Program-made: the position numbers and the translations under genes
NCBI GenBank assembly: GCA_964630405.1
Contig: CAZVUC010000050.1
Location: 8,948-72,947, forward strand
Source of the DNA: an uncultured Syntrophobacterales bacterium
GTDB taxonomy: Bacteria; Desulfobacterota; Binatia; UBA9968; JAJDTQ01
Reading direction: 5' to 3'
Length of the DNA: 64,000 nucleotides
Shown here: positions 58,864 through 64,000 of the stretch, piece by piece
How positions within the stretch are numbered: the first letter of the stretch is position 1
How the letters are laid out: each line of letters opens with the position of its first letter
Notes under the pieces: generated by a model
The model's input: only the letters and a program-made list of their open reading frames with translations
The model's database searches: none
Told to the model about the DNA's origin: nothing

Positions 58864-59613
58864 ATGCGCAGACTCGAAGGCCGGACGGCCATCGTAACCG
58901 GAAGCGGCCAGGGGATCGGCGAGGCCATCGCCATGGCCATGGCGGAAGAGGGCGCCGGCGTGGTGGTGGCGGAATTGCGGGAAGAGACCGCCAACGCCGT
59001 GCGGCGGAAGATCGAGGAGAGCGGCGGCGCCGCCCTCGCCCACGCCACGGACGTATCGAGGGAAGACTCCGTGGACGCCATGGTGCGGGCCTGCCTCGAA
59101 CGCTTCGGCAAGGTGGACATCCTCGTCAACAACGCCGGCATCTATCCCACCAGCACGGTGGAGGACATGGCCGAGGATGAATGGGAGCGGGTCATCGGCA
59201 CCAACCTGTTCGGGACGTTCCTGTGCAGCCGCGCCGTAACGCCGCACATGCTGCAACAGCAAAGCGGACGCATCATCAGCATCACCTCCGGGCGGGGGCT
59301 CCAGGGCGCCGACAACGGTGCCCACTACGCCTCGTCCAAGGGCGGCATCATCGGCTTCACCAAGAGCCTCGCGCGGGAGCTGGCGCCCGCCGGCGTCGCC
59401 GTGAACTGCATCTGTCCGGGGGTTTCCGATACCGCGCAGCCCCGGGGCCACCGGACGGAAGAGGAACTTTACGCCAGCGCCGCCAGGATCCCGCTGGGGC
59501 GCATCGGACAGCCCCGGGACATGGCCAGGGCGGCCGTGTTCCTCGCCAGCGACCGCGCGAAGTTCGTCACCGGGCAGACCCTGGTGGTCAACGGCGGCGC
59601 GATCATGCAATAG
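58864..59613 (+). CDS. SDR-family oxidoreductase.
   Basis: TGSGQGIG...NNAG...YASSKGG. Confidence 0.85.
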   Translation: MRRLEGRTAIVTGSGQGIGEAIAMAMAEEGAGVVVAELREETANAVRRKIEESGGAALAHATDVSREDSVDAMVRACLERFGKVDILVNNAGIYPTSTVEDMAEDEWERVIGTNLFGTFLCSRAVTPHMLQQQSGRIISITSGRGLQGADNGAHYASSKGGIIGFTKSLARELAPAGVAVNCICPGVSDTAQPRGHRTEEELYASAARIPLGRIGQPRDMARAAVFLASDRAKFVTGQTLVVNGGAIMQ

Positions 59614-59644
59614 CACGCGCGGCCCGAGCGCGCATGAAGGACTC

Positions 59645-60391
59645 GTGATGGATACCAAGGTGGTTGTCGTGACCGGCGGCGCCAGCGGCATCGGCCGCGC
59701 CACGGCGTTGCGTTTCAGTGAAGAGGGCTACGCCCCCGTCATCCTGGACCGGGACGCCGAGGCAGGCGCCGCGACCCTGTCCTTGCTCGGGGCAGGGAAG
59801 GTGGAAGGCCGCTTCATCCAGGCGGATCTCACCAACAAGCCGGAGGTCACGGCCGCGTTCGAGAAGATCCTGTCCGCCTGCGGCCGCGTCGACGTCCTGG
59901 TGAACCTCGCCGGGGGGACTTTCCACAAAGGCGCGATCCAGGACGTGACCCCGGCCGAGTGGAAGGAGTGCCTCGATCTCAACCTCAAGACCACGTTTCT
60001 GTGCGCCCAGGCGGTCATCGCGCCCATGAAGCAGGCGGGCCGGGGGACCATCGTCAACACGGCTTCCAACTTCGGCATCACGGGAGGCGCCGAGCGCACC
60101 CACTATGCCGCCTCCAAGGCCGCCATCATCGCCTTCTCCAAGTCCCTGGCCACCGAGCTGGCCCCCCACGGCATCCGCGTCAACACCATCGCCCCCGGAC
60201 TCACCGGCACCGAGCGGGTGCGGGGCAAGTACGACGCGGACGAATGGTCCGCGTTGTCAGGGACCCTGCCCATGGGACGGGCCGCCATGCCCGAGGAAAT
60301 CGCCGACGGCATCTTCTTCCTCGCCGGCGACGAGAGCGACTACGTCACCGGCGCCACCTTGCACGTCAACGGCGGCATGGTCATGCCGTAG
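59645..60391 (+). CDS. SDR-family oxidoreductase, second copy.
   Basis: TGGASGIG...YAASKAA. 248 aa. Confidence 0.85.
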   Translation: MMDTKVVVVTGGASGIGRATALRFSEEGYAPVILDRDAEAGAATLSLLGAGKVEGRFIQADLTNKPEVTAAFEKILSACGRVDVLVNLAGGTFHKGAIQDVTPAEWKECLDLNLKTTFLCAQAVIAPMKQAGRGTIVNTASNFGITGGAERTHYAASKAAIIAFSKSLATELAPHGIRVNTIAPGLTGTERVRGKYDADEWSALSGTLPMGRAAMPEEIADGIFFLAGDESDYVTGATLHVNGGMVMP

Positions 60392-60428
60392 CGGGCCATT
60401 GGTCCGGGTGGCAGTCCCGCGACGCGAC

Positions 60429-60457
60429 TTGCGCCAAACTTATGGTAGCATCATAAT
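60429..60457 (+). promoter_or_regulatory. Sigma-70-like promoter for vapBC. Probably gives a leaderless transcript.
   Basis: TTGCGC, a 17-bp spacer, then CATAAT. The -10 element ends 6 nt before the vapB ATG. Confidence 0.4.
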
Positions 60458-60463
60458 ACCGGT

Positions 60464-60694
60464 ATGAGTTCGCTACACATTCGAGCGATAGACCCCGCAA
60501 TACTCGACGCGCTGAAACGTTTGGCACGCAGTCATCACCGATCTCTCCAAGGGGAGTTGCACGCGATTCTCGAACGAGCTGCACGTTTGGCTCCCCCCGA
60601 ACAGGGAGGTCGGCCGTTGCGCCTGGTGACGGTCGCGTCCGACCATGCAGCATCGTGGCGCAGGGAAGAGATCTATGACGCCGACGGCCGGTGA
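60464..60694 (+). CDS. vapB: Ribbon-helix-helix antitoxin (VapB/FitA-like).
   Basis: Reads IRAIDPAILDALKRLARSHHRSLQGELHAILERA. 76 aa. Overlaps the PIN gene. Confidence 0.7.
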   Translation: MSSLHIRAIDPAILDALKRLARSHHRSLQGELHAILERAARLAPPEQGGRPLRLVTVASDHAASWRREEIYDADGR

Positions 60695-61151
60695 TGTCCT
60701 GTTCGTCGACACGAGCGTGTTGTTGATCGCGACCGACGCCTCGCGGAGGTGGCACGAGGAAGCGATGCGGCTGTTCACCGATGCTGACTCCCGTGGAGTT
60801 CACCTTGCGGTGAGCGGCCAGGTCTTCCGGGAGTATCTGGTGGTGGCAACCCGCCCGGGGGAAGCAAACGGCCTCGGCATGAAGGTAGAGGATGCGATCG
60901 CCAACGTAAACGAGTTCGTGCGCCTTACGCATTCCTACGACGAAACGGAAAAGGTGGCGCGCCGACTGCGGCAACTTGCACTGACCTACGGCCTGCACGG
61001 CAAGGTGCTCCATGACGCCAATATCGTCGCCACAATGACGGTCAACGATATTTCCGTCCTGGTGACGCAGAACCTGGACGACTTTGCCCGGTTCGATGAG
61101 ATAGAGGGCGTCGCGCTGGACGAGGTTTCGCTGGATGGGGGTGGGCCATGA
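60675..61151 (+). CDS. vapC: PIN-domain toxin VapC.
   Basis: Reads VLFVDTSVLL...D...NLDDF, which gives the acidic PIN residues. 158 aa from the ATG at 60675. Confidence 0.75.
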   Translation: MTPTAGDVLFVDTSVLLIATDASRRWHEEAMRLFTDADSRGVHLAVSGQVFREYLVVATRPGEANGLGMKVEDAIANVNEFVRLTHSYDETEKVARRLRQLALTYGLHGKVLHDANIVATMTVNDISVLVTQNLDDFARFDEIEGVALDEVSLDGGGP

Positions 61152-62326
61152 CACGTTCGGAGTTGGTCCGTCGCCGGCTGCAGTCGGGCCGTCCATCGCG
61201 CCGCCTCGCGGCCGCGGCTCTCGCCCTGGCCCTCGGCTGGTCCGGGATTGCTGCCGCGGACACGGTGGAACAGACCGAGCGACATGCGGTGCGCGTGCGC
61301 ATCCTGACCCGCGGGCTCGAACGCCCGTGGTCGCTGGCCTTCCTTCCGGACGGACGGATGCTGGTCACCGAGCGGGCCGGCCGGCTGCGCTACGTCGCAG
61401 CCGACGGCACGCTGGATCCGACTCCCATCACCGGGCTCCCCGAAGCGGTGGCGGAGAGGCGGCAGGGCGGCCTGCACGACGTCGTGTTGCACCCCCGGTT
61501 CTCGCGGAACCGCCTCGTCTATCTCGCCTATGCCGGCAAGGGCGCGGGGGGCTACGGCACCGAGCTCGCCCGGGGGCGGCTTGACGGCCACCGCCTCACC
61601 GACGTGCAGGTCCTGTTCCGGGCCTTGCCCAAGTCGTGGGGCGGCCGCCACTTCGGCGGCCGGGTGGTGTTCGACGGCAAGGGGCACGTGTTCCTGACCC
61701 TGGGGGACCGGGGCAACCGTCCGAGCGCGCAGGACCTGGGCGACCACGCGGGTTCGATGATCCGCCTCACCGAGGACGGCGGCGTGCCGAAGGACAACCC
61801 CTACCTGTCCGTGGTCGGCGCGAGGCCGGAGATCTACACCCTCGGCAACCGCAACGTGCAGGGCGCGGCCATCCATCCGCGGACCGGCGAGCTCTGGACC
61901 CACGAGCACGGGCCGCAGGGCGGCGACGAGATCAACATCATCCGGGCCGGCGTCAACTACGGGTGGCCGGTGATCACCTACGGCAGGAACTACGGGATCG
62001 GCACGCGCATCGGCGAGGGGACCCACGGGGAAGGCATGGCCCAGCCCCTGCACCAGTGGACGCCGTCCATCGCGCCCTCGGGCATGGCGTTCTATGACGG
62101 CGACAAGTTCCCCCGCTGGCGCGGCAACCTGCTGGTAGGCGCGCTCGCGTTCCGCCTGCTCGCGCGGATCGAGCTTGACGGAGAGCGGGTCGTCCGCGAA
62201 GAGCGGATTCTGAAGGGGGTCATCGGCCGCATCCGCGATGTCCGGGTGGGCCCCGACGGATACGTCTACCTTCTGAGCGACGAGCAACCGGGCGTGCTCG
62301 CGCGCCTCGAGCCCGCCGGCGGCTAG
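61148..62326 (+). CDS. PQQ-dependent soluble sugar (aldose) dehydrogenase, YliI/Asd-like.
   Basis: Signal peptide. Beta-propeller motifs (PWSLAFLPDG...TLGDRG...NYGWP). Confidence 0.85.
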   Translation: MTRSELVRRRLQSGRPSRRLAAAALALALGWSGIAAADTVEQTERHAVRVRILTRGLERPWSLAFLPDGRMLVTERAGRLRYVAADGTLDPTPITGLPEAVAERRQGGLHDVVLHPRFSRNRLVYLAYAGKGAGGYGTELARGRLDGHRLTDVQVLFRALPKSWGGRHFGGRVVFDGKGHVFLTLGDRGNRPSAQDLGDHAGSMIRLTEDGGVPKDNPYLSVVGARPEIYTLGNRNVQGAAIHPRTGELWTHEHGPQGGDEINIIRAGVNYGWPVITYGRNYGIGTRIGEGTHGEGMAQPLHQWTPSIAPSGMAFYDGDKFPRWRGNLLVGALAFRLLARIELDGERVVREERILKGVIGRIRDVRVGPDGYVYLLSDEQPGVLARLEPAGG

Positions 62327-62487
62327 GAGCCTGTCCGGGTAATACGTCGGCGAATCTGCTGGTCCTTCTTGCCGTCGGCCGCGTTGCTCCTCCTCGCGTG
62401 GGGGTGGCCACTGCTCGTCGTCGCGCCTTGCCGACAACAAGAAGTCCTGCGCATCTTCACCAACGTATTACCCGGACAGGCTCCTAG
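62323..62487 (-). ncRNA. Nested-hairpin repeat element, copy B. Candidate structured RNA on the minus strand.
   Basis: 31-bp outer inverted repeat (62323-62353 with 62457-62487). Its two mismatches are both C/A on the plus strand, which is G-U on the minus strand. Inner 15-bp stem 62365-79 with 62430-44 has two C/A mismatches on the plus strand. Relative to copy A it carries a compensatory T:A to C:G change at the stem base. The CTAG ends supply the TAG stops of both flanking convergent genes. Confidence 0.65.
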
Positions 62488-63770
62488 TCCGCACCCCCCT
62501 CGGCTCTCAGCGAATCCAGCGCCTCCTCCACGAGTTTGCGCCGCAACGCCTTCTCCTCGTCGGGCGGCAGGCTGGCGTCTCCGGCCACGTGGATGATGCC
62601 GGTTCCCAACACGACACGGTTGGAGCCCACCATCTTGGCGATGGGCAGGGCGGAGGTCAGTTGCACGACCGGGACGCCGGCCTTTTCGAGCTCGGTGGTG
62701 ATCGCAGCGCCGCTGCGAGTGCTGGTGCCTCACGTGGAGGTGAGGATGACGGCGTCGACCCCCTCGCGCTTGACTTTCTCGGCCATCTCCCGGCCCAGCC
62801 GGCGGGTGTTGGAGAGGGGGTTGGACAGGCCGGACGTGGACAGGAACTCTCCGTGTATCTTGCCCACGGCGCCCTCTTTCTCCAGTTGCCTGAGGGCGTC
62901 GAGGGGGACGAGGCGGTCGGGGTCGGCCTGCACGAAGCGCGGGTCGTAGCCGCCGTGGGAGATCTCGTAGTCATCGCCCGCGAGGTCGTCGTCGCCGGAG
63001 ATGTCGTAGGCGCCCCAGCGCGTGGCGGCCATGCCTTCGATATTGTCCGGATTGCCCTTGGGCACCAAGCCTCCGTCGGTGATGAGCATCACCGTGGCCT
63101 TGGAGATGTCGTCCACGCCCCTGGGCTTGGCCACCGGCTGGAACGAGGTGACGGGCATCTCGGTGTCGAACGGCTGGTCCTGGGCCTTGGCCAGGACCAT
63201 GTCCACCAGGCGCTCGGCCGAGGACTTGTCGACGAACCGGTCCCGTATCAGCCCCCGGGTCAGGTATCCCTCTTCTTCGGGCAGGCCGACGGCCTCTCCC
63301 GCCGCCAGCTTCCGGGCCAGTCCGGCCATGCGCTCCACCACCTCCTTCATCTTCGCCGCGTTCTTTCCGGAGTCGATGATGTAGAGGCCTTCCCGGTAGA
63401 GGTCCACGCCCGGGTTCTCCTCGTGCATGGCGGTGACGGCCGGAATGCCGAGCTCCGTCTGCACCGCGCTGCACAAGGCGCCCGCGGCCATGCCGTAGCG
63501 GCCGGCGTCGAAGCACGGGCCGGCCACGAACAGGTCCGCCTCCACGCCCCGGACATGTTCGAGGACCGCGGCTGTCAGCTCCTCCTGATGCTCGACAGCG
63601 TAGTTGTCGCCGCAGACCAGGGCCTTGACGACGGTGGCCCCGTCGCCGAGGCTCCGTTCCAGCAGGCGGCCGGGGCCGACGGCGCCCTCGACCTCCCGCA
63701 GCGGGCTCCCGGCCTGTTCCTCGCCGCCGATTCCTCCGAAAAACTGGTTGAGGTAGTGGACGATCCTCAT
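62484..63770 (-). CDS. GrdB-family protein (glycine/sarcosine/betaine reductase selenoprotein B-like). About 428 aa if the in-frame TGA at 62730-62732 is read as selenocysteine.
   Basis: N-terminus MRIVHYLNQFFGGIGGEE matches the GrdB N-terminus. Shine-Dalgarno AAGGAGG 8 nt upstream. The 346-aa ORF ends at a TGA. The next 81 codons continue in frame with no stop, and they include the track's 62484..62666 ORF. Context reads ILTST-U-GTSTRSGA, which I compare to UxxCxxC from recalled GrdB literature. Confidence 0.6.
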
Positions 63771-63782
63771 GGTTACGGCCTC

Positions 63783-64000
63783 CTTAGTAGACTACCGCCC
63801 GCAGCCGCGACGCGCCTTGCTGGTTGGTGACGCCGGCGATGTTCATGGCGCCCAGCTCCCGGACTCCCGCCAGCAGCTCGCCCACGGCCGGCGTCGCCGC
63901 GATCACCCGCCCGGCCGGCGGAACCTGCCACCGGGTGTCGTTGCCGCCGCCGTAGACGATGGCGTTCAGCTCGGGGAAGTTGAACAGCAGGGCGGATTCC
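63783..64000 (-). CDS. Partial CDS (C-terminal end). Function unknown. Lies upstream of the GrdB-like gene and may be co-transcribed with it.
   Basis: Open frame ...ESALLFNFPELNAIVYGGGNDTRWQVPPAGRVIAATPAVGELLAGVRELGAMNIAGVTNQQGASRLRAVVY stop. Confidence 0.3.

Overview
This is a gene-dense chromosomal segment of about 68-70% GC, apparently from a Gram-negative bacterium. Most genes carry Shine-Dalgarno sites. I found no transposase, integrase, CRISPR array or rRNA. The supplied ORF track treats GTG and TTG as start codons and extends every ORF to the first possible start, so many listed N-termini are too long. Several very long ORFs are antisense or out-of-frame artefacts of the high GC content. 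Real content, in order: a small Cys-Gly/Cys-Ser repeat protein with a partial membrane-protein gene downstream; a tandem array of four MFS transporters behind an AT-rich promoter island; a 548-aa tandem-domain ThyX-like gene; a tkt-tal-rpe pentose-phosphate cluster; a nucleoside 2-deoxyribosyltransferase-like gene followed by a complete partner-switching module (RsbW-like kinase, STAS antagonist, response-regulator/PP2C phosphatase, type-I periplasmic binding protein, HAMP histidine kinase); amt-glnA; a DUF1800/DUF1501 pair; the circularly-permuted ATP-grasp / alpha-E / transglutaminase triad; tRNA-Ala(GGC); recN-nadK; an orphan xanthine-dehydrogenase-family molybdopterin subunit; a D-aminoacylase-family amidohydrolase; a Rieske protein; hemH; plsC-rnj-ftsK-lolA; a DksA/TraR-like gene, a cupin gene and proC; a putative catabolic cluster (amidohydrolase-2, an unlisted 58-aa GatC/AtzG-like ORF, M20 peptidase, split ComD/ComE-like TPP decarboxylase, RidA); xth with a TTG start; an orphan ABC ATPase; two SDRs; a VapBC toxin-antitoxin pair; a PQQ sugar dehydrogenase; and a GrdB-family selenoprotein B homologue read through an in-frame TGA. 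The most unusual signal is a pair of ~163-bp intergenic elements (48465-48627 and 62323-62487). They share a ~90% identical ~100-nt core. Their outer 30-bp stems are completely different yet perfectly complementary. They show a compensatory base-pair change between the two copies in the inner stem, and every mismatch is C/A on the plus strand, which is G-U on the minus-strand transcript. This points to a structured RNA family encoded on the minus strand. Solo copies of each element's terminal motif occur at 16074 and 28359.
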